DNA of 64,000 bases from Chiloscyllium plagiosum (Eukaryota): positions 72,948,088 to 73,012,087 of the forward strand of contig NC_057719.1 of NCBI RefSeq assembly GCF_004010195.1, given 5' to 3'. Below the pieces are notes generated by a model that searched no databases, had not been told where the DNA came from, and worked only from the letters and a program-made list of their open reading frames with translations. The position numbers were made by a program, and so were the translations under genes. Each line of letters starts with the position of its first letter. Position 1 is the first letter of the stretch. Shown here piece after piece: positions 28,951 to 42,679 of this stretch.

Positions 28951-31323
28951 CAACTCCTAGTGCTTTCACAAACTATTTCTCACCCAAGTCCCTGAGCATA
29001 CTGCATCTTCCTCAATCCATGTCATTCTTTCCTGAAATTGAGCCTTTATAATGTATAGTCTAAGTAAACGGGTTGAAACTTAAACTAAAAATAGCAACAA
29101 AAAATTTCATTCAAGGGATGTGGGCAGTTTGCCTGCGGTAGTTTTTATTATCATCCTGAATTGTCCTTGAGGAGATGGTGAGCTGCCTCTCAAACCACTG
29201 TAATCCACCTGGTATAGATTTACTCACAATGTTAGTAGTAAGATAGTTCCAGGATATGACCCAGTAATAATGAAGGAACGATGCTATATTTCCAGTCAGG
29301 ATTGAAAGTAGCATGCGCTTGCCCACTTAGGTGATAGTGGTCAGGGGTTTGGAAGGCACTATCGAAGGAGCCTGGATGAATTTCTGCAGTGCATCTTCGA
29401 GGTGCTATGCACTCCTGCTACTGTGTTGGAGGGAGCAAACGCTTGCAGATGTGATACTAATCAAAATGGCTAATTTGTCCTGGATGGTGCTAAGCTTCTA
29501 GATGCCTTTTGGAATTGCACTCGTTTACGCAAGTAAAGGGTACTGCATCACAGTCCTGACTGGTGTTTCGACAGATGGGAGACATGTTTGGGAAAGTCTG
29601 TAAGTGAGTTACTTGCCATACGATTCCTGGTCTTTGACTTGCCTTTGTAGCAGCAGTATTCATTATGGATAGTCCAATTCAGTTTTTGGCCAATAGTAAC
29701 CACCAGGATTTTTGCAGTTCCCTTTATAACTAAATCTCATCCTTGCCAATATGCCTGCTGCAGATGAATCTCTTCATGACAGTATAGGCTAGTCTTTATG
29801 TTGAGAATACCCTCTATTGTATCGTGTGGCCCTGTCACTGTTAAAAAGGGACAGACGTTGAACAGACCCTAGCAACTCAAATGAGGCATTTTGGGCTGAC
29901 AAATTTGCAATCTCTATCACCTGAAATGACAAGTACAGCAGAAACATGGGAACATCACCAAGTGCTTCTCCAAGCCACATGCTATCCTCACTTTGAATTA
30001 TTCTGCCTCTTCTTCATGATCACTGGTTAAAGTCTTAGAACTTCCTTTCTAACAGCAGTACAGATGTAACTACACCAAAATGTATGTCAGTTTAAGGCAG
30101 CAGCTCACCATCACCGTTTCAACGATTTTTAGGGATGAGCAATAAATACTGGCTTTACCAATGCTCTTATCCAATGGCAGAATAAAATACAATGTAACTG
30201 AATCCTGACTCTGCTGCCCTTTTCTAATGTGCACCATTCGATCCAATCCATCCATCACTCCAATGCCCACTGACCAACACCAGTACTCGAAATGTTAATT
30301 CTGCTTTCTCTCCACAGATGCTGCCAGACATGTTAAGTTTTCCAACAATTTCTGTTTTTGTTTTGGATTTCCAGCATCCAAACTTTGTTGTTTTTTTGTT
30401 TAATAAACTTTCAGCATTCACCCATCAAGCCCCCTCAGGAACTTAAATGTTTCAGTAAGGTCTCCTCTCACTCTTCTAAACTCCAATGGTTAAAGGCATA
30501 CCCTATCTTCAGAAGATAAACTTTCACCTTCTCAACCTACCACCCCCAATCCGAAGAGTCAATTGAGTGAATCTTCTGAACTGCTTCTAATACATTTAGA
30601 TCATTTCTCAAATAAGGAGACCAAAACTATACACAATAGTCCAAGTATAGTCATACCAACATCCTGTACAATTGTAGCAAAACATTTTCACTCTCAAATC
30701 CCATTCCCCTCACAATAAATGACAACATTCAATTTCCCTTCCTAATCATTTGGGGCAACCGCTTACTAATTTTTGTGATTTCTGTACCAGGATACTAAAA
30801 TCTCTCTGAAATTTTGGCAAATTTATTTTACGTACAACACCCTCCAGCTTACAGTGCATCCCTCCTACCATTCACCTCACCAGTGTGAAAAAATCTTTAG
30901 TCATCCAAATCTTGCTCTGTTGAACACAATTCTTAAAAATATTTTCAAAACCGTTTTCACCAATCATCTATTCTGAACCGTAACCCATGGCTTGGGTGCA
31001 TCATGTGTCCAAACAGCGAAGTTGGGATCACCAGGTTTTTGATTAAACCTTAATCTGTGGCCATGCCTCACTGCGCAAGTTACAAGCAAAATGTCTAATG
31101 GCAGGATCTAAAGAGCTGGAGTTTTCTCAGTTCCCTGGTCAGTATTCCTCCACAAATGAACAGCTCTAAAACCAGATAACTATTATTTCCACACTTGCTG
31201 TTCGTTGAACTCTGCTCTCTCGAACAGACTGCAGTTTTACCTACGTGATAATGGTCATATTCAACTTGGTCATTAAGCATTTTCAGTTATTCTGACATCC
31301 AAGTGTTAAATATTAAATCTTCA

Positions 31324-31518
<195 letters not shown>

Positions 31519-34500
31519 CTATCTCAGTTTCTTCTAATAACCACAAACTTCACAAATGACAATCAACAAGAACGAAATATCCTTGCATCTTTTCAGTTAC
31601 TGCAACGCAAAAGAAAACTTGATCACAATCTTGGTCCACCATTTCAGTTGGTTCAACAATAAATGCAAAACTATCCTGCCAGAAACAGTGTTTCATTGCG
31701 AAACTAAACGGGAGAAAAACTCCTAAGAATTTGCATTTTTCACACATACCTCTAAGGGTTTGTATTTGTCGAGGAAAACCATATTCCAAATTGTAGATTA
31801 TTTCCTCCCAATTATTTGTAAGTGCTGGGAACATGTTTGTGATCATTCATAATTTACCAACATCTATCAACTATCTTTATATTTAAATTATAATGACTTA
31901 CAATTTTAGTAAACTCGAGAAACACTTAACCCACAATTTACAAATCCGGCTTGCTTCAAGTAACTTGAACGCTTGCAAACCACAGCTGATAAATAAATTA
32001 TGCATTTTTTCTCAAAAATGTAAATATTATCTTTTATGTCTAAAATAAAAATTACAAGCAGGTCCAAACATAAAAGCTGAGGGGTAAAGTAGTATATTCA
32101 GTATTTAACATTCACCTACAAGAATGCCTTGCAAAGATCAACACAAATTATAGGTTTGGATGAAAATGTTTGCTGCACTTTTCCAAGTTGGATTCCTGTT
32201 AAAGTTTGAAGTATGGTCATTTGTTCTGAACAGTCCACTCATTAAGAAAAATGACCAAGGAATATGGGTTCTGACTACATAATTTATATAGATTGCAAAC
32301 AGAGTCTCTAAGTCCACTGTAACACAAGATATATTTCCTCCTCAGTGTACCAATAAAATACTTGACAATGACATAATTTCAAAAACAGCCAAAGAAATTC
32401 TGAAGGTATCAAATACTCACTAAGTAACATTTAGATTCAAAACTTCGCAAAACTCATAAATAAGAATGCAAAGATGGAATTTTGTTGGACTGTCACAGAG
32501 TTACTCCTCAGGTTGCTATACAGTTCCCGACAGCTCCAATTTCAAGATTTATATATTTCAAAGACTATTGTGTTGACAGAGATGAGAACGAGGATTTTTT
32601 AATTCCACTTGAAAGACTCTTAAGTATGTCAACCACTTGTATGAATACCTCCAAGTTCAACAGCCCATTAATTTGTTTGGCATGTCAATTTCTAGATGAT
32701 TCAGTTTGCCAGCCGAGATCATCACTTTAATGGGTACAACAAGATCCAGTAATTAAATATTTTAGATTTAACAATGAAACTGCAATCTGTCTTAATAAAT
32801 TCAAGAAGTTACTCTAGCTGTCATACTCGTATTAAAGTTCAAAGAAATACATATTAGACCATAAGACATAGGAGCAAAAATGAGGTCATTTAGCCCATTA
32901 CGTCTGCTCCGCCGCGGATAAGTTTCTCAACCCCATTTTCTCGCTTTCTCCCTGCAACCCCTGATCCTCAAGAACATATCTATCTCAGTCTTAAATATAC
33001 TCAGTGACCTGGTCTCCACAGCCTTCTGTGGCAATGAATTCCATAGATTCACCACTCTCTGGCTCAAGAGGTTTCTCTTTATCTCTGTTCCCTTTACTCT
33101 TAGACTGTGCTATCAGGTCACAGTCTCTCCTACCATGGAAACACGTTCCCAACATTCACTTTGTCCAGGCCATTCAGTATTCTTTATGTTTCAATTAGAT
33201 CCTCCCTCATCCTTCTAAATTCCATCGAGTGTAGACCCAGAGTCCTCAAAAGTTCCTCACATGTTTTCATTCCTGAGACCATTCTCGTGAACCCTGGGGA
33301 CCAAAACTGCACACAATAATCCAAATGTGGTCTCACCAGAGCTTCAGAAGTACATCCCTACTTTTATATTCAAGTCCTCTCAAAATAAATGCCATCATTG
33401 CATTTGCCATCCTAACGACTGACTCAACCTGCAAGTTTACCTTGAGAGAATCCCGGATTAGAACTCCCAAGTCTCTCTGTACTTCAGACTTCTGAATTGT
33501 CTCCCCAGTCAGAAAATAACCATGCCTCTATTCTTCCTACCAAAGTGCATGACCTCGCACTTTTCATCTGCCACCTGTTCAAATCCTTCTACCTATCTTT
33601 GTATCATCTGCAAACTTAGCCAGAATACCCTCCATTCCTTCATCTAGATTGTTAATGTATAAAGTGAAAAGTGTGGTCCCAACACTGAGCCTTACAGAAC
33701 ACCAACTGTCATCGGCTGCCATCCTGAGAAGAACCCTTTTATCCCATCTCTCTGCTTTCTGCCAAACAGCCAAGCTTCTATCCATGCTAGCACCCTGCCT
33801 CTAACACCATGGGCTCTTACCTCACTCTGTAGCCTACTGCGTGGCACCTTCCTCAAGTCCAGGTTGAAAACATCCATTGGCTCTCTTTGATCTAACCTAT
33901 TCGTTACCTCCTCAAAGAATTCTAACAGATTTGTCAGGCATGACCTCCCCTTGATGAAACCATGCTGACTCTGTCCTAGTTCATCATACACTTCCAAGTT
34001 TTCCAAGAAATCTCATCCTTCACAATGGATTCCAGGATCTTTCCCACAACCGAGATTAGGCTAATCAATCTGTAATTTTCCATCTTTTGCCTTACTCCCT
34101 TTTTAAACAGGGGTGTCACATTAGTGACTTTCCAGTCCTCTGGACCCTTCTTGATTCTAGAAATTCCTGAAAGATCACCACTAATGTCTCCATTATCTCT
34201 TCAGTTATTTCCCTTAGAACTCTGGGGGGTTGTCCATCTGGTCCAGGTGATTTATCTACCTTCAGGCCATTCAACTTTACTCTCACCTTCTCCTTGGTGA
34301 TGGCCACCATACTCGGACCTGTCTCCTTGAATTTTTGCGATATTACTCGTGCGTTCCACTGTGAAGACTGATGCAAAGTAATTATTCACTTCCTCAGCCA
34401 TTTCCTTATTCCCCAATTACTATCTCTCCAGTCTCTATTTTTGCCTATCTTTTGCTCTTTATTTATCTCAAAAAACTCTTAACAGTCTTAACACAGAACA

Positions 34501-34730
34501 TAGAACAATACAGCGCAGTACAGGCCCTTTGGCCCTCGATGTTGCGCCGATCCAAGCCCACCTAACCTATACTAATAATCATCTTGTACACCTCAATCAA
34601 GTCACCCCTAAACCTTCTTTTCTCTAATGAAAACAGCCTTAAGTGTCTCAGTCTTTCTTCATACGATCTTCCTTCCATACCAGGCAACATCCTGGTAAAG
34701 AAGTAATATCTTCCTTGATATTACTTCGCT

Positions 34731-35040
34731 GCACGGTGGCTCAGTGCTTAGCACTGTTGCCTCACAGCACCAGGGTCCCAGGTTTGATTCCAGTCTCGGG
34801 CGACTGTGTGGAGTTTGCACATTCTTCCTGTGTCTGTGTGGGTTTCCTCCAGGTACTCCGGTTTCCTCCCACAGTGCAAAGATGTGCGGGCCAGGTGAAT
34901 TGGCCATGCTAAATTACCCATAGTGTTAAGCGCATCAGTCAGAGGGAAATGGGTCTGGGTGGGTTACTCTTTGGAGGGTTGGTGTGGACTGGTTGGGCCG
35001 AAGGGCCTGTTTCCGGGAATCTAATCTAATCTAATCTATC
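34731..35040 (+). mobile_element. tRNA-derived SINE (HE1/V-SINE-like)
   Basis: A box TGGCTCAGTG, B-box-like GGTTTGATTCC, central GGTTTCCTCCCACAG domain, (CTAAT)n tail. Confidence 0.85.
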
Positions 35041-35148
35041 TACTGGCTACCTTATCCTCATTTCCCTCCTTATTTCTTGTTTGTTGCTCTCTGCTGGTCT
35101 TTGTAAGCTTCACAATCCTCAGGCTTCCCACTGCCCTTCACCACATTA

Positions 35149-35318
35149 CAAAGGAACCTTGATTATCCGAACGTTACAGGTAGGGAGTATTTTGTCGAAT
35201 AATCGGATGTTCAGATAATCGAATGCCAGATAACAGTTTAGCCAAGCATCGGGACCTTACGATCTTGCTAGATTGTCCAAAATTTGGACAACCAGATGCC
35301 GGATAAGAGGTTCCGCAG
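35149..35318. mobile_element. Tc1/mariner (Tigger/pogo-like) MITE
   Basis: Imperfect terminal inverted repeats CAAAGGAACCTTGATTATCCG and CGGATAAGAGGTTCCGCAG; TA on both sides; interrupts a CR1. Confidence 0.7.
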
Positions 35319-35669
35319 TATTTGCTTTCTCTTTTGCTTTTATGCTATCCCTGACTTCCCTCGCTGGCCATGGTTGCCTCATCCTCTCTGTCCCATGTTG
35401 CTTTTTCCTCGGGATGAATCTCTGCAGTGTCTCCTGAATTACTCCCAGAAACTCCTGCTATTGCTGTTCCCGTCTTTCCTACTAGGCTCCTCTCCCAGTC
35501 AATTCTACCCAGCTCCACCCTCACGCCTCTGTAATTGTCTTTATTCATGTCTAATACCATTACCTTCTCCCTCTCAAATTGCAGAGTAAATTCAATCATA
35601 TTATGATCACTACCTCCTAAGGGTTCCTCCACCTTAAGCTCCCTTATCAAATTTGCCTCATGGCATAAA

Positions 35670-35881
35670 ATCTTCGAGGAGAAAGTGAGGTCTGCAGATG
35701 CTGGAGGTCAGGGCTGAAAATGTGTTGCTGGAACAGCGCAGCAGGTCAGGCAGCATCCAGGGAACAGGAGAATCGACGTTTCGGGCATAAGCCTGAAGAA
35801 GGGCTTATGCCCGAAACGTCGATTCTCCTGTTCCCTGGATGCTGCCTGACCTGCTGCGCTGTTCCAGCAACACATTTTCAG
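35670..35881. mobile_element. Penelope-derived fold-back element with perfect 81-bp inverted arms
   Basis: Arms at 35713-35793 and 35802-35882; 13-bp TSD CTCATGGCATAAA (35657-35669, 35882-35894); inserted in a CR1. Confidence 0.88.
35793..35820 (+). ncRNA. Hammerhead ribozyme core; catalytic nucleotides intact, 5' strand of stem I lost
   Basis: CUGAAGA-A-GGGC-UUAU-GCCC-GAAA-CG-UC. Confidence 0.6.
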
Positions 35882-36793
35882 CTCATGGCATAAATTTAAA
35901 TCCAGCATTTCCTTTTCCCTACTGGACTCCATCACAAGCTGCTCCGAAAAGTCATCTTGTACACATTCCACAATGCCTTTCCTTGCAATCCACTACCAAT
36001 CTGGTTTTCCCAGTCCATTCGCATATTGAAATCCCCCATGATCACTCTAACTTTGCCTTTCCTAAACATATTTTCTATCTCCTGGTGTATCTTGCGCCCC
36101 AGTTCCTGACTACTGTTTGGAGACCTGAACATAACTTTTGCGGTTCCTCAATTTTACCCATACAGATTCTACATCACATGACCCTACTTCATTTCTTACT
36201 ACTGATTTAATTTTATTTTTTTATTTATAAGGCAACCCCACTCCCTCTGCCCACCTGCCTACCTTTTCGATAGGGTGCTTATCGTTGAATATTCAGCTCC
36301 CAATCCTGATCCCCAGCATCCACGTCTCCATGATGCCCACCACATAACTGCCAATTTCAAACTCCACCAAAGCCCATTTACCTTATTCATTATATGTATG
36401 AATTCAAATATAACACCTTCAGTCTTGCATTAACTGTCCCTCTTCTCATTGTCATTTGTTTTGTCCAGCGTGCTTGAAGTTTGATTGTTAACCCTTTCCA
36501 AACACACTGTCCTATTTGTGTCTGTGCTGGAGATTTTAGTACCTCTCCTGAGTGCTGGACTTTTACTTCTCCTTTAATTCAGGTTTTCTATTTTCCCCTA
36601 TAAATGAAACCCCACCATTAAGTTTATAGCCCTGTCTACAGCCCTAGTTATGCGACTTCCTAGGACTCTGGTCCCAGCACAGTTTAGATGAAGACTGCCC
36701 CATCGGATACAGCTATATAGATGGGTTAACTCCAGGAAAGGTAAGAGAGGGAGGCAGGCAGTGCAGGAGTCTTCTGTGGCTATCCCTATTTCA

Positions 36794-37000
36794 GCTGCTG
36801 AAAATGTGTTGCTGGAAAAGCGCAGCAGGTCAGGCAGCATCCAAGGAGCAGGAGAATCGATGTTTTAGGCATGAGCCCTTCTTCAGGAATGCCCGAAACG
36901 TCGATTCTCCTGCTCCTTGGATGCTGCCTGACCTGCTGCGCTTTTCCAGCAACACATTTTCAGCTCTGATCTCCAGTATCTGCAGTCCTCACTTTCTCCC
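36794..37000. mobile_element. Penelope-derived fold-back element inside CR1 ORF1
   Basis: 12-bp TSD ATCCCTATTTCA (36782-36793, 37001-37012); 76-bp inverted arms at 36797-36872 and 36889-36964. Confidence 0.88.
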
Positions 37001-37861
37001 ATCCCTATTTCAAACAAGTATGCTGTTTTGGAAAATGTAGGGGATGATGGATTCTCAGGGGAATGTAGCACGAACAGCCAAGTTTCTGGTATCGAGACTG
37101 GCTCTATTGTAATGAGGGGTACATCAGAATCCAAGAGACCAACTGTGTTAGGGGACTCTCTAGTCCAAGGCACAGATAGACGTTTCCGCGGCCAGCAGCA
37201 AAAAATCAGAATGGCATGTTGCTTCCCTGCACACAGGATCAAGGTTGTCTCAGAGAGGGTGCAAAATGTTCTCAAGGGCAAGAAGGGCCAGCAGGAGGTC
37301 ATTGTACACGTTGGAACCAATGACATATGAAAGGAAAAGGATGAAATCCTAAAGGGAGAATGTTGAATGTTAGGCAGGAATTTAAAAAGGAGGTCCTCAA
37401 GGTTAGTAATATCTGGAATACTCCCGGTGCTACGGGCTGGTGAGGGTAGGAATAGGAAGAAAAAGCAGATGAATGCATGGCTGAGGAACTGGTGTATGGG
37501 AGAATGGTTCACATTTTTGGATTATTGGAATCTCTTCTGGGGTAGGAGTGACCCATACAAGAGGGATGGATTGCACCTGAATTGGAAGGGGATGGATATA
37601 CTGGCACGGAGATTTGCTAGAGGTGCTCAGGAGGATTTAAATTAGTAAAGTCGGGGGAGGGGGGTGAGGACAGAGATCAAAATGAGACTGGTACAGTTGA
37701 GAACAAAGGCGAGTCAAACAGTCAGGGCAGGCAGGGACAAAGCAGAGAACAAGGTAGGACTGATAAATTAAACTGCATTTATTTCAATACAAGATGCCTA
37801 ACAGGGAAGGCAGATGAACTCGGCAAGGTTAGGAACATGGGACTGGGATATCATAGCAATT

Positions 37862-38345
37862 NNNNNNNNNNNNNNNNNNNNNNNNNNNNNNNNNNNNNNN
37901 NNNNNNNNNNNNNNNNNNNNNNNNNNNNNNNNNNNNNNNNNNNNNNNNNNNNNNNNNNNNNNNNNNNNNNNNNNNNNNNNNNNNNNNNNNNNNNNNNNNN
38001 NNNNNNNNNNNNNNNNNNNNNNNNNNNNNNNNNNNNNNNNNNNNNNNNNNNNNNNNNNNNNNNNNNNNNNNNNNNNNNNNNNNNNNNNNNNNNNNNNNNN
38101 NNNNNNNNNNNNNNNNNNNNNNNNNNNNNNNNNNNNNNNNNNNNNNNNNNNNNNNNNNNNNNNNNNNNNNNNNNNNNNNNNNNNNNNNNNNNNNNNNNNN
38201 NNNNNNNNNNNNNNNNNNNNNNNNNNNNNNNNNNNNNNNNNNNNNNNNNNNNNNNNNNNNNNNNNNNNNNNNNNNNNNNNNNNNNNNNNNNNNNNNNNNN
38301 NNNNNNNNNNNNNNNNNNNNNNNNNNNNNNNNNNNNNNNNNNNNN
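37862..38345. other. Assembly gap (N run)
   Basis: Run of N. Confidence 1.
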
Positions 38346-40123
38346 ATAATAGGGTAGTTATGGTAGGGGATTTTAACTTTCCAAACATCGACTGGGACTG
38401 CCATAGTGTTAAAGGTTTAGATGGAGAGGAATTTGTTAAGTGTGTACAAGACAATTTTCTGATTCAGTATGTGGATGTACCTACTAGAGAAGGTGCAAAA
38501 CTTGACCTACTCTTGGGAAATAAGGCAGGGCAGGTGTCAGTGGGGGAGCACTTGGAGGCCAGCGATCATAATTCTATTTGTTTTAAAATAGTGATGGAAA
38601 AGGTTAGACCAGATCTAAAAGTTGAAGTTCTAAGTTGGAGGATGGCTAACTTTGACAGTATTAGGCAAGAACTTTCAAAAGCTAACTGGGGGCAGATGTT
38701 CGCAGGTAAAGGGATGGCTGAAAAATGGAAGCCTTCAGAAATAAGATAATGAGAGTCCAGACACAGTATATTCCTGTTAAGGTTAAAGAGAAGGCTGGTG
38801 GGAATGCTGGATGACTAAAGAAATTGAGATTTTGATCAAGAAAAAGGAGGAAGCATTTGTCAGAGATAGCATTACAGCTATACGGAGGGAGGATATTCCC
38901 AGAAATGCACGCAGGGAAGTTATTTGGGTGGAACTGAAAAATACGAAAGGGATGATCACCTTATTGGGAATGTATTATAGACCCCCTAATATTCAGCAGG
39001 AAATTGAGAAACAAGTTTGTAAGGAGATCTCAGTTATCTGTAAGAATAATAGGGTGGTTATGGGAGGGGATTTAACTTTCCAAACATAAACTGGCTCAAA
39101 GGTAGAAGACAACGGGTGATGGTTGAGGGTAGTTTTTCAGACTGGAGGCCTGCCACAAGGATCGGTAATGGGTCCACGACTTTTCATCATTTATATAAAT
39201 GATTTGGATGCGAGCATAAGAGACATGGTTAGCAGATGACACCAAAATTGGAGGTGTAGTGGACAGCAAAGAAGGTTACCTCAGATTACAACAGGATCTT
39301 GATCAGATAGGCCAACGGGCTGAGGTGTGGCAGATGGAGTTTAATTTAGATAAATGCGAGGTGCTGCATTTTGGGAAAGCAAATCTTAGCAGGATTTATA
39401 CACTTAATGGTAAGGTCCTCGGGAGTGTTGCTGAACAAAGAGACCTTGGAGAGCAGGTTCATAGCTCCTTGGAAGTAGAGTCGTTTGGTATGTTTTCCTT
39501 TATTGGTCAGAGTATTGAGTACATGAGTTGGGAGGTCATGTTGCAGCTGTAGAGGATATTGGTTAGACCACTTTTGGAATACTGTGTGCAACTCTGGTCT
39601 CCTTCCTGTCAGAAGGATGGTGTGAAACTTGAAAGGGTTCACAAAAGATTTACAATGATGTTGCCATGATTGGAGGATTTGAGCTATCAGGAAAGGTTGA
39701 ATAGGCTGAACCTGTTTTCCTTATAGCATTGGAGGCTGAAGGGTGACCTTATAGAGGTTTATAAAATCATGAGGGGCATGGATAGGATAAATAGACAAAG
39801 GCTTTTTCCTCGAGTGGGGGAGTCCAGAACTACAGCGCATAGGTTCAGGGTGAGAGGGGAAAGATATAAAAAAAGACCTCAGAGGCACCTTTTTCACATA
39901 GAGAGTGGTACGTGTATAGAATGAGCTGCCAGAGGAAGGGGAGGAGGCTGGTACAATTGCAATATTTAAAAGGCATCTGGATAGGTATATGAATAGGAAA
40001 GGCTTGGAGGGATATGGGCCAGGTGCCGGCAGGTGGGACTAGATTGGGTTGGGATATCTGGTCGGCACGGACGGGTTGGACCGAGGGGTCTGTTTCCATG
40101 CTGTACATCTCTATGACTCTATG

Positions 40124-41650
40124 AGGGAACTAAATGAAATATCTCCAAATTTGCAGATGACTCAAAGCTGTATGGGTGGGTGAGCTATGTGAAGGAGCCA
40201 ACGATGCTTCAGTGTGATTTGGACAAGCTGAGTCAGTGGACAAATTCATGATAGATAAAATATAATGTGGATAATTGTGAAATAATCCACTTTTGGAGCA
40301 AAAAGGCATGGACGAGTTTGACCAAAGGGCCTGCTTCCGTGCTGTACATCTCTATGACTTGAAGTGGTGGATGTGGACACAATTACGATGTTTAAAACAC
40401 ACTTGGAAAAGGACATGAATAGGAAAGATTTGGAGGTATATGAGTGGGTGAGACCAGTTTTGTTTGGGATTATGTTCGGCATGGACTGGTTGGACCGAAG
40501 GGTCTGTTTCCATGTTGTGCGACTCTATGTTAAAGTGGAACACTTAGAAAATTCAAAGTGATCAGACAGAGCCAACATGGTTTGTGTGGTGAAAATCATG
40601 TTCAACCAAGTTATTGGAGCTCTTTGACAAAATATGAGATTTAGATAAAGGGAAGCCAACTTGATGGGCTAAACTTTGAAATCCAGAAGGTATTTGGTGT
40701 GGTACCACATCTACTGTTACTGCAAAAGATAAAGACTCATGGTGCACTGGCATGAATAGAAGTTGGTTTAGCTAACAGAAACATTAGGTATAAACGGATC
40801 ATTTTCAGGTTAGCAAGGTGTAATGAATGGTGTGCCATAGGAATCAGTGCTGTGGCCTCAAGTATTTATAATTTGGAAATGATGTGGATGAAGAGACCAA
40901 AGGTTATGGCTACTTAATTTGCTAATGTCACAAAGATAGGTAGGAAAGTTATAAGGAGGACAGAAGAGACTTCAGGAATACAGATATTTAAGCGAGTAGT
41001 TGAAGATTTGGCAAATGGAATATAATGTGGAACTGCCATTTTCTCAAGAAAAAATAATAAGAAAGCATATTATCTAAACAGTGAAAAATTGCAATTGAAA
41101 AGTGGAGGATGTTTTCGTGCATGAATTGCAAATGGTTAGCATGTAGGTAAAGGAAGCAATGAGGGAAAATAATGAAACATTATTGCTTACTCTAAGGGGG
41201 AGTAAACACAAAGTAGTATGGTTGTGCTTCAGTTGTTGAATTCTATGGAATTGGTCTCCTTATTAAAAGAGGCTGTAAATGCATGGAATCAGTTCAGAGA
41301 TGCTTTGTTGACTAATAACTGAATAGGTGGGTCGTCTTACTAGGAAAGGCTGAGAAGCTTTTCTTCTAAACATTGCAATTTAGAACAGCAAAAAGGAACT
41401 GGAAGTGCAGATCCTTAAGAGTCTTGACAAGATAAATGTGGAAAGCTCATTTCCTCTTACAGGAAAATCTAGAATAAGGGGACACTTTAAAAATAAGATC
41501 TGTCCCTTTAAGAAAAAATGTATTCTGCATTGTTGACAGAGGGCTGAGTATATTTGGAACTCTGTCTGAAAAGGTGGAAGCAGAGTCTTTGAATATTTTT
41601 AAGACAGAAGTGAATAGAATCTTGGTAAGCAAACAGGTGAAAGGTTATTC
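40124..41650 (+). mobile_element. Older degenerate CR1 fragments
   Basis: KFADD-like remnant and CR1 3' tails. Confidence 0.6.
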
Positions 41651-41655
41651 TGAGA

Positions 41656-42201
41656 TGTTCAGGGGCTAACTTGCTCTGCTAACCTTCAAGAAATTGGCTG
41701 TCCCGGGGGTAGGGTGGTATGTTTCTCTGTCTTGTAGGTTCAATGTAATAAAAAATGTACATTGCCATCTCCTATTGTTCAGAGTAAATTTATATTATCA
41801 TTCTCTATTCAGAATCAATAAGAACATTGCAGTTAAAATTCTGACTACTCCCTGCAGTTAAAAAAAAGATTTACACCAGATCTTTCCATTATGGAATTAT
41901 GCAAATTACATTGTTTCTGGAGACAAATCAGGTCACTGCATTATGTCTTAAGTGGCATGTGACTATGGGGAGTGGTTGGGGATGTCTTGTGGGCACTACT
42001 GACTGTGATGTGAGATTTTTTATTAAGGAAGAACCGGTTCCTTTGTTCAGAGAGATCTCTTGACATGGTTCCACAAGCATTGCGAAGAGTATTAAGGGTT
42101 CCCCCAAAGCTTATACTTGCTTAATAAATTTTGGCTGTTCAGAAGTTGGTGTCTTGCAGTTGCATCAAATGTGTAAGAGTCTCAAGAAGAAAAACCTAAC
42201 A
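41656..42201 (+). mobile_element. LTR-like insertion
   Basis: TGTT...TAACA ends, AATAAA near the 3' end, interrupts a CR1 tail; no clean TSD. Confidence 0.35.
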
Positions 42202-42679
42202 ACTCCAAGTAGACAAGAACGTGGAATTGAGGTAAGTCATGATTACATTAAATGACATAGCAGAATTAAGGAGCCAAATAGCCTAATGCTGTTCCAAACT
42301 TGAATATCTACATGTCATAATCCTCATGACAAATTTATGAAATTCTCAAGAGGTATTGGTAATCAGATATATGAATTTCCATGAACGCAAGATCAAATTA
42401 CTGCCTGCAACAGAAAGATGGTGAAGAAATACTTGAATTGCATTGCTTGTGATAATATAATGCCAACTGTTTGAAGGATAGAATTTACTTAAATATTGTT
42501 GCACACTAAGCAATAGATTAGAGATAAAGTGACTTAACTAGCAATCCAATTTCACTTAACTACCAACACTCCATCACATTTACTATTTGCTGTCAGTGTC
42601 CTGCAAATTGCAGGTCTAACTCATTAAAAAAGCAAACTGGCTGATTTACTGGTTTGTATTTTGAGCACAACAGTTACGT

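Larger units (their letters stand above)
32853..36700 (-). mobile_element. Long CR1 LINE (endonuclease plus RT) with nested SINE, MITE and fold-back insertions
   Basis: Motifs VIMGDFNM, SDHNMIEF, KSPGPDG, QHGFIKGRSCLTNLLEFFEE, KFADDTK; tail near 32853. Confidence 0.85.
36700..40122 (+). mobile_element. CR1 LINE with ORF1 SGNH/GDSL esterase and a rearranged, internally deleted ORF2
   Basis: VLGDSLVQG, HVGTNDI and DGLHL esterase blocks; VMVGDFNFP and SDHN endonuclease motifs; CTCTATGACTCTATG tail. Confidence 0.88.

Noticed and set aside
34700..34727. 11-bp inverted repeat GAAGTAATATC/GATATTACTTC
   Set aside because: It sits at a junction of nested insertions and is most likely a local insertion by-product.
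34731..34800. tRNA-like sequences here and at ~53056
   Set aside because: They are SINE heads continuing into a SINE body and tail, not tRNA genes.
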